DNA of 60,950 bases, the filler included, from Platydemus manokwari (taxonomy: Eukaryota), in the NCBI GenBank assembly GCA_037951405.1. It is 5 parts of 5 records of this genome, joined end to end, with 100 filler letters (N's around TTAATTAATTAA, not from the genome) between each part and the next. Parts side by side here need not be neighbours in the genome. Positions count along the whole stretch, not along the records: positions 12,567 to 21,790 come from JBBMOY011281095.1; positions 21,891 to 37,018 come from JBBMOY011343648.1; 3 more parts are not named here. One strand, 5' to 3'. The notes beneath the pieces are model-generated. The model was not told the origin of the DNA, ran no database searches, and worked only from the letters and a program-made list of their open reading frames with translations. This document shows, one piece after another, positions 13,901-27,489 of the stretch; position 1 is the stretch's first letter; each line of letters starts with the position of its first letter. The translations under genes and the position numbers were made by a program.

Positions 13901-14599
13901 GTGCAATCATGATTTTTAGACAGAAATGTAGGTGATTGATACTACATATTTGAGAATAAGCTACAACGATAACGACATATTCATACAAGCAAAAAGTATC
14001 GCCAGGTAACATGGCTTCATCTTTAGAATGTTCATTTATCTTAAATTATCTACAAGCCAACATAGAAATGATTAATATATTTTTTCTTTATGGATTCATT
14101 AAATAGATAGCCAATTCACAATTATCTCTTTGTTGAGGATACACCCCATACATCTATCCACCCATCCTTCTGTATACCCATATCTCTAGACAACATTAAT
14201 CTCTAAAATCTTAAACCAAAGAGTACCAATCCAGTCTCGATCAACCATATTTCTATCATAACATTTCTACCTTATCATCCCCAACAACAGTATAACAATT
14301 GACCTCACCCAATCGATTTCCAATCAACAATCTCTAATTCTCTTTCATCCAGAACCAGTATCAAAATTCCAACAAAAATCCCATCCAACAATTCTAACAA
14401 TTACCCAATACTTTCAATAATCAATGATTTAATCATCCTTATGAATGTGAAATGTATTATTACGTAGAATAATTATTTTGTGTTAAAATGTTTGCGTATT
14501 CTTTCTTTAAATTGTTAACAGGAAGGGGTGATTGCGAAGAGCGACATGGAAATAAGTAATGTTATTAAAAAAGACAAAATTATATAGTAAATATGTGAA

Positions 14600-14760
14600 C
14601 AAAATAACAATATCAATAATAAAATGAAAGTGAACAATAATAAATAAATGGTAACAATAAAAATAACAACAGCAGTATTGATAATAATATAAGAGTAAAA
14701 TTTAAAAATGATAATAACAGCAATAACAATAATAATGATAATAATAACCGCAATAATAAT
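14600..14760. repeat. Degenerate (AAT/AAC)n simple repeat
   Basis: Runs of AATAAC, AATAAT and GATAAT. Confidence 0.7.
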
Positions 14761-15713
14761 TGTACAATTTATGAGTTTAAAATTAAATATCTGAGTTAAT
14801 CTGATCGGAAAAAAAATAGAAGGTCAAAACAACACTAGAAAATAAAAATAGTAACGGCCACTATGACATCATCAATATAGGCAGATTAGTGCTGTATTCA
14901 GAAGAAAAAGTACCCATCACTGTTAGCTCATTAGATGCATGTAAAAATAAAAATACCAACACGGAAATTACAAGATATCAAGCGACATCAATGAAGTATG
15001 GTCTAATGAATAGAGTCAAGAAATTAAATTAAGACCTTTAACTTTTTGCAGGAGGAGCCCATTATGAAAAATGGCTCGCAATGGAAGGAAAATAGAAATG
15101 AATTTGGGCAAGAACAATTCAATCAAATCTTCGAATTCCTTCAGAGATGTACATAATTTATTAAATTCATACTGATTTAACGATCCTTCCTTGACTTAAT
15201 CTTTTATGGACATTGTTTTTATCGTTTATGAGTTTTGATTGTACAAAATAATAGCATTTTATCTGATTTATAATTTTATTTTGCTTATAGAATAATTATT
15301 TTATTAATGATTTGTAAAAAATAATGTATATCGACTGATGTATTTTCATCGCAAATAATTTGCAAAATTGGTAAAAGAATATTCTATATTTTCTACGATT
15401 AAAATTTCAAATATAACATTGTTTGTCTCAAAATTATTTTGATTTTTATTTAATATTAATTAATTTTATATTACGTCGAGGAATTTCGTGTTGTAATTTA
15501 GTAATCAATTATGATTTATGAATGCTTCGTTAGGTAATTACATTAACAAATATAATAAAATAATTACTTTGAAACTTAGGTTGCACATAGCCATGCATTC
15601 ATGTTAATATTTATAAACCACATAGGATATCTATATTGTTTAAATATTGATAAAAATATTTTATCTAATTTGAATTATTACAACTACAAATTTCAATTTA
15701 AATAATATTTCAC

Positions 15714-18700
15714 ATGCCTAAGAAAAAATTTGTACCTATATCTAATAAAAATGATTCGAAGACATTTATTATGCCAGGTTAATGATTAACAATAGTTAAA
15801 TATTAATAATTATTTAGGCCGGCAAAAATGTGAATGTGCAGCCACAAAGCATGAATTAATTAATAATTGCACTGGCTGCGGTCGTATCGTTTGTGGACAG
15901 GAAGGTTCAGGACCTTGTTGGTTTTGTGGTGAATTAGTTTGTACGAATGAAGATTTTCAAAAGATTATGAGTAAATCAAATAAATCTCAAAATCTCGTGA
16001 AACAATTAATGATCAATAGTTGGCCTCATCATAACATCAAAGAAAGCGTTGGCGAATCTTCACTAAAAATTGATTATGAAAATTCTGATAGTAATTTTAT
16101 ATACATATTTTAAACATACGGAAAATAATTAAGTATTATTTTAATAAATCTTGAGCTGATTTCATAAAAAATGCAATATTAATATTCAATGAAGAATTTT
16201 TATGTATCTTAAATTTAAAGTGGCAGACGAAAGGAAACAACGTCTTCTGGAATTTGATAGAACCAGTGCTCGGCGTACGAAAGTCATCGACGATCAAATG
16301 GATTATTACAAATCCGAAGGACAAACTTGGATTGATCCGAAAACTCGAGAGATTTTGAAAAAAAAAGAACAACAGTTACGAGTCAAACGATTTGCACCAA
16401 AATATTCACAGCCATTGAAATATAGAATCGAAGGTGGTAAATTAATGGAAGAGGAACGCTCGAATGATGCTGCCTATGAGTTGTATGAAGAACCTGAATT
16501 AGAAGTTGGTAATCAATCACAATTCGTTATTCGAACGGAATCCAATTTAAATACCGATTTTCTTAACGTAAACAAAATCATCAATAAACAAGACAATAAT
16601 GTTTACCCAATTGTTTTCTAGTTTATTTCTGATGATCAGAAACACCAAGGGAATAAAAAGACAGTCGAATCAAAGTCGAATTCGAAAACCATCAGTCGAT
16701 TGCAAGACAAAGAATTACAAGAAATACGAGATCAAGGCATGTGCTTGAGTATGCACCAGCCTTGGGCATCGCTTTTGGTAATGGGCATTAAAATGTGAGG
16801 AGATTTTAGTAGTTTTATTATATGTTATTGGCGATTATCAACTAGACATGAGGGTCGATCTTGGTTCACGAATCATCGAGGACGACTTTGGATTGCTGCA
16901 ACGGCCAAAGTTCCTTCGCCAGAAACCATTCGAGAAGTGAAGAAATTTTATTTAGATCGAGGTTTACAAGCTATTATTGTTCATTTATTCTTATTATTGG
17001 CTGATGTTATCTTTATTGATTATTATAATTACTAATTATTATTATTTATTATTATAATTATTAATTATTATAATTACTAATTATTTTATTATCGTTATTA
17101 TTATAATTATTATTATTAATTATTATAATTACTAATTATTATATTATCGTTATAATAATAATAATAATAATTTATTACTATTAATAATAATAATGTGATT
17201 ATTATTGTTGTTTTATTATTATTATTATTATTGGGTTGTTGCATAAGTTCCCACCGTTTTTAAACATTTATTTTCAAAGAAATCATAGAATTTTAACAAC
17301 AAAAATAATAACACTTCAATCAATTATGTACACTCCTTCATTGTTCACTACTTCTTCTCATCTTTCCACCAGTTTGTTGATTCCATTTCGCCAGAAATCC
17401 TTATATCGAGTCTCAAAGAAGTTGTCGAGCCAATTCTAAAGATGATCCTGATTTTCGAAGCTAAGACCCCTCAATTCATTGGCATCGGAAAAGATGTCTG
17501 GGGAATAAGGAGGATATTGAAGGACTTTCCAATCGGGCTCTTGGAGTGCCATCTTGACAGATTTTGTGTATATATGAAGGAGGATCATCTAGCATTATCG
17601 ATCCGGTCTTTTTGTTGAATTGTCTCATTCGGTCGATGCAATTGGGCTTTATAGAAATTCTTTTCTACTGTCATGTTCTTTCCAAGCATTTTCCAGTGGA
17701 TTAGACCTTCCCAATTCCGCAATACACAAATCATTGTCTTCGTCGGGTGGAGGTCTTTCTTGATCTTAGACTTAAGTTTCTCTCCAGGAATCACATACTC
17801 CTTTGCTTTGTATTCACTCAGAGACACCGGTTCTCGTCTCCAGTGACGATTCTGTATAAGAAACGTTGCAAGCTGCCATGGTGTCGATCGAGATTTCGAG
17901 CAGCAACGGAAAGCCGCTTATCCTTCTGTTTTTGGATGAGTTCGTACGAGTCCCAAACCCAAGCTATAGAGTGAAACCCATTGAATAAAGGTGGCCTGAA
18001 ATTGTTGCAAAATCACAATTCATTATTATTATTATTACTATTTTTATTACTTTTATTTTATTATTTATATTATTACTTTATTATTATCATAATTATTACC
18101 ATTTTATTATTATTATTTATTACTATTGTTAATTATTATTTTATTTATTGTTAATATTACTTAATAATTATTAAAAAATCAATTATTAATTATCCTAATA
18201 TAATGCGAGATGTACTGATATTGAACCAAAATAAATGCATTCAATGTAACGGTATGTGATAGGATAGACGATTAAAGTGACAGAGGAGTAGATTAGACCA
18301 ATGAAGACGTATTATGGAGTCTTGATTTCGAATTGTTATTCATACCTATTTGGAGTTGTCAATATCAAAATTGGCAATCATTGTTATAATTATTTATAAT
18401 AATCACGTGTTAATTATAATTAAAACAAACATTCTCTCACAGGAATCGATAGCGATTTGTTCCCAGAATCATACCCGGTAGGATGTATTTTGGGGTGTGT
18501 TGATGTTGTTGATTGCTTGCCGGAAGATGAATATGTGGAGAGGGTAAATATTGGAAACAATTTATTGATCATTATCGAGATATTGTTATTATTATTATTA
18601 TTATTTCAGTTTCCCAATGGTGAATCGGGATCGCCTTTTATTTTCATTTGTGAAAATGCTCGCGAATTGAATTTAAAATTCCCCATTAAGGGAAAACATA

Positions 18701-18819
18701 AAATATGTAAACATATTTCCATGATAATAATTTGTTCATTAATTATTGATTTTTACTAAGATAAACTGGAGGCCCATGTACATATGGCAGCTAAATGTGG
18801 CATTGAAAGGGAAGAATAA
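15714..18819 (+). CDS. TRIP4: Activating signal cointegrator 1 (ASC-1): C2HC5 zinc finger plus ASCH domain, 8 exons, ~409 aa
   Basis: Exons 15714-15777, 15818-16090, 16221-16567, 16622-16794, 16846-16961, 18443-18543, 18610-18706, 18761-18819; all GT-AG and phase-compatible (1230 nt). Motifs GRQKCECAATKHELINNCTGCGRIVCGQEGSGPCWFCG, LLEFDRTSARRTKVIDDQMDY, CLSMHQPWASLLVMGIKIHEGRSW..HRGRLWIAA, YPVGCILGCVD, FPIKGKHKI. AATAAA at 18841. Confidence 0.95.
17020..17230. repeat. (ATT/TAA)n microsatellite in TRIP4 intron 5
   Basis: Long degenerate ATT/TAA array; a second tract lies at ~18020-18180. Confidence 0.85.
17231..18020 (-). mobile_element. Tc1/mariner (mariner-type) transposon relic, 3' part with one TIR
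   Basis: Minus-strand translations give RFLYRIVTGDE, LHPTKTMICV..WEGLIHW, DNAR and WKVLQYPPYSPDI (mariner DDD-domain motifs). TA followed by TTGGGTTGTTGCATAAGTTCCCACCGTTTT is a mariner-like TIR at 17231-17260. Stops and frameshifts present. Confidence 0.88.
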
Positions 18820-21790
18820 TTATTTTCATTGTTTTATTGGAATAAAAACGAGAACATATGAACATATTAGATAGAAAACATATAAAATCTGTCTTTCTTG
18901 CTTTCTTGTACTTTATTTAGAGAGGAGATATGTTTTGAATTTTTATAAAAAACCCATACTTGATATGATAAAATATTTTGAGATATTTTCTAAACATTTT
19001 ATTATCACATTATGTTTAAGATTTTGATTTTCTTTCAATGTTTTTCACTGTCTTGAGATAGAGGTGTTATAAACGAGGAAAATCGCTTGACCAATGAAAT
19101 TTCTTTGAAGCACATCAAGAATGTGTGTAAGGATTTCCTTTACAATATGATGAAAGAAAAGGTTAAAATCGAATTAATAGTGAAATTGATGAAGTAAAAA
19201 TATCATGGAGAATATAATGGATAATTCTGTGGAGAATATTTGATGGAATTTCAGTTTTAAATCAATGTAATTCGTACATTTCATTTATAATGGGAGCAAT
19301 AATGTTATTCGAAAATCACCGAAATTTTATACTGTGATGTGTAACCGGTGCTATGTCACAAAAATCTTTTCCATTAATATCTCTAAAGTCACTTAAAAGT
19401 ATTGTTTTGGTGGTTCAAATTGGTGTTTTAAATTGATAAATGAATTATGTAGATATTACTGTGTGATGTGCAAACTTATTGAAAAATACTCTGATCAATT
19501 GAAACATATCACTTTTAATAACGAATGAGTTCCAATTTATTGGAATTTAACATAGCGTTTACTACATGAAAATGAAGAGTAAAGATGATAGAGCATTTAA
19601 AGTCAATGATTTATGTTCGTTGCCAGTTTATTAAAGGTAATAAAGTCTTTTTCTAAAAATTTAAAATAAAATTAAAAGTATTTTGAACTTATTAGGTATG
19701 TTAGACTGTTTTTATTAAATAACCCGATAAATTAAAATCCAATGCAATAATTTATAATAAAAATCAAATCACAATCGTAGAATAACCCACAAGCAAAAGT
19801 CAAATCACGAATCAGGTCAATACAAGAAAGTATAATACGTAAAAGATTATCAACATTGAAAAACTTCAAATTTCTGCAAAAGGCCGACTTAGTCTTAATT
19901 TGTGTGTTTCAATCAATGACTCGTAGAAGAAATATCAGTTTTTAATAATCGATAAGTGTCCATTGCAATTTAGCACTCAAATTTTGTTTTCATTTTTATA
20001 TTTCAAAATACAAATTTTGGCAGCAATTTTGCTTTCAATTAATTGAGTTGTTTGTACTGGTGCTAAAAATCGTTGCCAAGAATCGGTGTAATACATAGAA
20101 TTTAATCAATCACTAATTAAGTAGTGTTTACTATTCGTGTATTGTAGATGGATACATACGCGCTTCCAAAAATTTATAAAGACCAGAAAGATGAAAAACC
20201 AGGTCACAAAGGTACGCTTGCTTACAATAACAAGGAGTCTACGCAAAGCACAACCCATAGTTTAGTAACAAAGAATTAAGGCTTTGATAACAAATCCTAA
20301 AATTTTAAATAAAGAAATTAAGACAGCCAACTAACCAGAGTTGACAAAGAAAAAAACAAAAATCTTGCTGTTTCGGTTTAAAATGCAGGACATTTTATAC
20401 TTAACTTAAGCAATTATCGTTATTCTGGATTCATTATTATTGCAATAAAATATCATTGCAATTTGTTGATTCGTTGTTTTTAAATCGATTCAATGCGCAA
20501 ACAAGTAAACTTAATTTTTATAAAATCAATTTTGCCAACGGATTTGAGGATTCTTAAAAATTTCATTTCAATCAAACCATCATCTTCCTAGTTGTAAAGG
20601 TTGAGTGATAAGCAACTATATTAAAGTGAAATAATTATTTTCATTATCTTGCATATATAACATTTTATTTGTTTAACGGTATGTTGGGAAACCATGGACC
20701 GGCTGGCACTTTACTCATGCTGTTGAGTTGCTAATAATAACTATTAAAAATATCCATCACAACCCAACAAATATAATTTATTATCTGCTATTGTGTTCAT
20801 TTTAATTTTTTTATTTGGATTACAATTACACATTTACTACCGCAAAGGAGTCAGATAAGTTGGAATAATTTCACAATGATAGTAAATTGATCTTTTGAGT
20901 CAAGTCATTTCTCTTAATGAATTGTATTCAAATTGTCAGGAAAATCTTTAAGTGATTTCTCATTAATAACTCTAATAGTATCGTTAAAGATTTTGAGAAT
21001 ATTTGACGACATTGAGTGATTTGAAGAGATTTATGATATTTTTAATAATTCTGGACTTCAACAGAAAAGGTTGTTGCTGCAGATAAATTCTATGTTGATA
21101 ATAATCAAAAATAATATTTAAAATATAAATACTAAATGTTGGGAAAGCATCGAGCGAATGATGCTTTACTCAGATAGTGAGAAGAGCGAAGAAGATAAAA
21201 CTCCCACTACCATCAGCTTTTATGGTGAATAGAAGAGCACAATAGCCTGTGAAAAACACGAACAGCACCAAAGAATACCATCTAAATCATACAAATCAGA
21301 TGAATTTAAAAAGCCGACTGCGTCGCCCATAAAACCAAACAAACCGACCACAACAGTTAAGCCAAACCAAATTAAGCCAAACCCAAAATGGGAAACATAG
21401 AGTATGAGAAACTGGAGTATGGATTTGGACGTCTGATAGTCAACAAGAATTCCACGGGTACTACTTCGCCTTCATTCATTCGATTCAACAATCTACAGTA
21501 TATTTTCTTTACAATTAATTTGTGATATTGTGATCTGATAATTCCGACATTGAATTTTTGACAATTTTTATCATTGAATTTATTGTGGCAATGGATGACA
21601 ATTTTTTATGATTTCGATAATAATTTTTATTCGTAAATGTCTGATTATTTTTTATGAAATTAAATCTGTAAATGCATGATTATTTATGTAGTAAAAATAA
21701 ATTATATATTATTATTATTTATAAATCAAATAATTAGAATCAAAAATAGGTAAGAGAATAAAAAGAAATTTCATTTATATAATATAAAAT

Positions 21791-21890
21791 NNNNNNNNNN
21801 NNNNNNNNNNNNNNNNNNNNNNNNNNNNNNNNNNTTAATTAATTAANNNNNNNNNNNNNNNNNNNNNNNNNNNNNNNNNNNNNNNNNNNN
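21791..21890. other. Assembly gap with TTAATTAATTAA linker
   Basis: 44 N + linker + 44 N. Confidence 0.97.
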
Positions 21891-23744
21891 AATTGATGTT
21901 AATTTTCTTATATTTTTTTAATAATAATTCATAAAACATTAATTATTATTTAATTATTAATTTCATTGTTTATTGTTAATTTCACCACTGATAAAATTAA
22001 AAAATAATATAAATATAATTTTATTAATAGATTTAATTTAATATATTAAGAAACGACTGGAAAAAGAGTGATAAAGTATTGGTATTACAAGTATTGATAA
22101 ATATTTATTTATAATATTAAATCAATTCATAATCATTTATTCAATTGGCAAATGAATATTTACAATTAAAGAGCAGACAAATAGATGGAGTAATTAATTA
22201 TAAGATTCTTTATAGAATTCTGACCGGTATTTTCAGACAATATTACCAGTTTCACCAAAAATAACTACATGGCAATTTATTTTGCTTCAAATGTCAGATT
22301 TAAGAACACTCTAAGCAATGTCGATATCATTTAAAATTAGAATAAGTGAAACCATCATTATCGAATTTCCGACATGAAATTCTTATTATTAAGAACATTT
22401 TCATCATCAACTGAGGAAGGACTTTATCAACTGTTACAATAATTTGGAATTATAATGGAAAATTTATCATTTTGAATAGTTTTATGAAATAATTATCAAT
22501 CTTAATTATATCAAAAACATCACATCTCTTTGTCATTATCTCAACAAATAAAATAAAAAATATTTATATTAAAATAAACAATTTTTTCTTATTTGTATGT
22601 CTTAGAAATTATACGACAAATTAATGAACAACTATTTTTGTAAATTATCTTTGTAAACAAGAATAATTCATTAATACCAATTACAAGTTGATTATTACTA
22701 AATATGTAATCAGAATGGAAATGACTTAGACTGAACTGTATACTGAGATTTGTTCAGAAATATAACCCATCTTCAAAGATTCAAACCAAATAACATGATA
22801 TTAAATAGATTCAAACAAATATTTCTAATCTCCGTCTTGAGTCACATCGATGTTGGTATTTAAATGAAATTATTAAAACAAAATCCCTCAATAAATCAAT
22901 GAAATATACCGGTGCTTTGCAATTTATAGTTAATAATAATTTATTAATTAATCTCATTAAAATTGTAATTCCTGGAATCCACTAGTGGAAGTTTTATTAC
23001 AATACAATATTGATCAAATTATTTATGTTGAAATATTCTTAAAAACTGCTTGTTTTACATTGCTCTTGCACATGTTGAATAAAATTTTAATTTTTTCAAA
23101 GCACATTTAGATAATTCATTAATATTCCACCTATTAAATAAAAAATATACTCATAATAATATAACCGATATTATAGCCGATAATATTTGTCAGCTTCATA
23201 TCTATATTGATAACTCTTAGTCATATACATTAATGAGCAATTTAGATAAAATTAGATCGACTAAGTAATGTGACATGATTTTTATTTTTATCAATTAATA
23301 AAAAAAAACTATCGAGCTATGATTGTTCGTTAATATCTTTTAAAAAAATAATTTTATGTTTTAAAATCACATTTTATTAAATATAATTATTTTGATAAAA
23401 ACTAACTCATTATTTAAGATTTTGTTTTTCAAAATCAATTTTTAATATAAATTAACAATGCGAATTTTTTTTTGAAATAATTTTTTGTCTTTGAAACATG
23501 TCATTATTTGGAAAAAATTGGAACAAAATGAGGCTAGATAAAAAGATTTGGATTCGACAAATTGCTTTATTGGAATCAAATTGGTTACAAAAATATTTGA
23601 TATTAGTTTGTTTATTATAACACTTCCCAAACTGTTAATTAACTAACTATTGGGATTGATATATAAAATCATAGTCAGAAATTTATTTTTATACTTAAAT
23701 GATTCGGTTGTTAATAAATATTCTTTAATGTATTCCATCTATTA

Positions 23745-25890
23745 CAAGGGTAGGCAAGCATTTTAGGCTATTAGGCCGTTTCGCAGAGTTCAGAAGGTGC
23801 ACTAGACCAGAGAAAACAAATTGTTCAATGTACCCTATCAACACAAGATTAATTTATTAATAGCACATATGATCAATAGGAAACGTGCTGCTTTTTCGCG
23901 ATACTGGCAATATCTGATTCTATATTGTTGAATTTATCAACAGAATGTCATTTTGATAATCGTCCGTAAGCTGAGAGCGCAACTTGTTCTTGCAAAATTT
24001 AATTTTGGAGAAGTGCTACCAAACATTATTATGACACACTTGGCACCAGCCAACAATGTTTGGAACTTGGAACGTGGCAGATGATGATAGAAATCAGTGA
24101 GAGTGTTGCAAGAAAACTTTGACGAGAGAACATCAGAAGCTTGAAGCTCAATTAACTCCATTTGCACATCAAAGGGAGCGTCTTCGCATGGAAAACCAAA
24201 AAGAGTGGTGATAATCTTAAACTTTTGTGAATGGAATGTACGTCAATAAGGCTAGAAGAGAATTCATTTCTTAGTGTTGAGAGCACGCTCGTGCATTCAA
24301 CAGAGTTACCAAAGGCTACTTAACACTGTGCAAGGTGAGGGAAATGAACATGGAGCTTCCATTTTAGGGATGAGTTCGTCACGTCTTTGCAGTTTCAATC
24401 TGAGTTCATTAAAGTGAGAACAGATATCTTTGATTTGGCAAGCCAACAGAGCCCAATCTCGTCAGCGAATTCTTCAAACCCTTTGTGACGAAGGAGAGAA
24501 TCTCGTGGCGTAGGGCAAAAATACGCTTCAAGATGTTGGGACAACTGAACCAGCAAGTAAATCATTATAATCAGCTTCTGCAGCTTCGCATATTTACTTA
24601 AAGATGCGGTAATTGAGAGGACGAGCAAGCACTGCGTTCACTACAACAGATAATATTCTTCATGTCTACCGTTTTGGCATATAATAACTCCTAGTGAATA
24701 AGGCAGTGTATGTTGTGTATCTCCTTAGTACATCCCTGAGAGCAGCAATGATCGATGAGTGGCTGCGAAAGTTTCTTATTAGATCCGACCATGTTGGGTG
24801 CACCCTCAGTTTTGAAAAATCGAACTCATTCAAAGTAGATAAAAGGGTGTTCAGAATATCTTTGCCAGTCATTGTTGTCTTCGTTGGTATGACACTGAGA
24901 AACTCTTCGTGACACCACGCACAAAGACGCCCAACTGCGTAGTATCTTTGATATCACAGGTCTCGTCCAAGGCGATTCGTTAACATTGAAAACCGGACAT
25001 CAAAGCTAACTTTTTCACGCATCGAGGCCACTTAGCGTTGAAAACTCGTCGTTTAAAGTCAACTTTACGAAAACTGGTGGTTGTGTGTAACTTCTGCTCT
25101 TTAGGCATGTGTAATTATGAAGTGCATTAATAAAGAGGTACCAATTTTTCAGAATAATAGGTTTGCTTGTTATAATTAAGATAATAAAATAACGATAGAG
25201 CAAACAAATAAGGTAATAATAATACTTTTATTATAATACAAAATTAACAAATGTTTAATGTGAGAATTTTAAAAGATATTACTGTTGTGCCTTGAAGAAA
25301 TGAACAAACGACTTAGGGAACTAGGTGCTGCCCTACTTCGGAGAATAAGCTAAAGAAATTAATTTAGATATTGCAAATCCTTCTGGTTTTGAAAGTTAAT
25401 TTTTAGGCCCTACAAATCTCACCGACCTTTGCAGATGATCGATTTACAATTAATATAATTTACTACGGTCATCATAATATCGGGGAGTATTGAAAATGAA
25501 TTGAATATGATTCGAATTGTCTGAATGGAATGAATTAATTCCAATTTTATTCAGTCAATTTGGTGATGAGATCCCAAGTTTTGGTGAGTGAAGATTATTC
25601 CAATAATTGATGAAGATAATCAAAGAATTTTCCGCGTACTGAGCGTTGGTAGTGAAATTTGTGCCAAAATTTTTTGTGCATTTGTTTAATTTTTGACTGG
25701 GTTTATATCCAGAACTTTGTGGGAGTGATTACTAATTTTCTCTTAGATTATTTTTCTTCCATAGCGATTTATAAATTTTCCATGATGATTTAACATTAGC
25801 AATATATTATATCACCATGGTGACGCGAATTAAATTTTTATTATTATGTCGAGCTGGAGGGTCACCTAGGTCGGAGTTTGCCGACCTCTG
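23745..25890 (-). mobile_element. hAT (Charlie/SPIN, GTF2IRD2-like) DNA transposon, internally deleted and pseudogenised
   Basis: Minus-strand fragments KVDFKRRVFNAKW, IALDETCDIKDTTQLGVFVRGV, EEFLSVIPTKTTMTGKDI, QMELIELQAS, IIMFGST. Left end CAAGGGTAGGCAAGC vs reverse complement of right end CAGAGGTCGGCAAAC (11/15). Flanks ATCTATTA and ATCCATTA form an 8-bp TSD with 1 mismatch. Confidence 0.85.
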
Positions 25891-27489
25891 ATCCATTATA
25901 TCATCAGAAAAAGTTCGAATAATATTAAAATTTTATTTATCAACATGTTTATAATCTAAATTTGTTTTTTGTTTGGCCTAAGCAGGTTTCTGATTGATTT
26001 TCAGCTGGTTTTCGGTAGTTAACTAGCTAGTTAACGGTAGTTAATACGTTTCATAGTCCTTTAATTTCGGAGAGGATCACGAATATAACATTTTAATAAT
26101 TCGCGCATAGGATGATTAAACCCATTTTTGTTTTTCCGTGGTCACTGTCCAATTGACTTTGTAATTAAGTTCTGGTTATATACCAACATATCACTAACTC
26201 AATATATTTCTTTTCATCACTTTTAAGAATGGAAGAAATTGTTTTTGTTGGAATGGATGGAATATTGGTATCAATGGATCCGCAGACTATGAGCCCACAG
26301 AAAACCCTTTATAAATAAATTTTAGTGAAAACACACTACATTTATGAAAATATAATAGAAAATTGTATTTACATTCAACACATAAACATGCATTAGCAAT
26401 GCATTATACAAGATATTACATATATAGCACTCTGGTGTCCACACTGATCAAACTAGATTCAGGCCGCATTTGAGGCCAAACACGGGTCTATATTGGCCGA
26501 CGAATTCTTTAGAGATCTATAAAGATATCCTGATATTAATCAAGGAATAAAAAAGTTAACTAACTGGCTGCGTCATTATAAACTTGTATATTTTTAATAA
26601 TTAAAATGACTGATTCTGGAATTTTCTTTATTACAATAAAAATCCTCAAACATTGATGATCAATCAAATATTTTCACTTTAAAATAATAATTTTAAATGA
26701 TAATTTTGCTAATAATGATTTGTATATAATAGCTGTCCTAGGTGGCACGCCATTTATTGTTCTCTTGATGTTAGTTTACCTCTACAATAGAGTCGTTATT
26801 TATATGCTAGTTATCTGAAATTTTATCTGTATAAATCAAATATATATTATGGATTTGTCTCAATTGCTATTGTCTGTAATATAATTAGTATTTATATTTT
26901 AAATATTCTTTCTTTTTATTATACGGGTATAATTTAGCAGTAATAACTATATCTGTTGAAGTTCATATTATTAAGTTAAAGATCCTAAAATCTTCTGATC
27001 AATTTCATATAATTTTATCAAACTTTTAGCAATAGCCTTCAATTTACGGAAATTTATTTAAAGTTTTAATTTTATTCAAAGATATTCAAATAGCTTTATC
27101 CAAATTGATGTATTTTTTAAATTTAACGATTTTTATATTTGAATAAATCATGGATAGAGCTGAACCAAAAATATTGTCGGCTACTACTACGGTTGCTGTA
27201 ATTGTCAGCTCCAACAGAAATTTTTACCGAAATAACTCGCACTCGATCTTTGATTATTCAAAAAACAATTATACTCATGCTTTCAATGAAGTAAACCTGC
27301 ATTATTAAAGCCAATCTGAGGTCCTAAATATAACGGTATATGTGTAAGATGAACTTTTTATAGTTTATGTGCTCCTGTTTGTAATAATCACGATTTCGCA
27401 ACAACTAATATTTATTTATAAACATTGCTCATCTAGATAACTAGGTAAACCTGACATACTAATAAATATTTTCTCGTGATCAACTCTAA

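Noticed and set aside
20148-20279. YALPKIYKD resembles the Penelope RT YGLPKIHK motif
   Set aside because: Not followed by PxRPI or any other RT motif; short ORF only.
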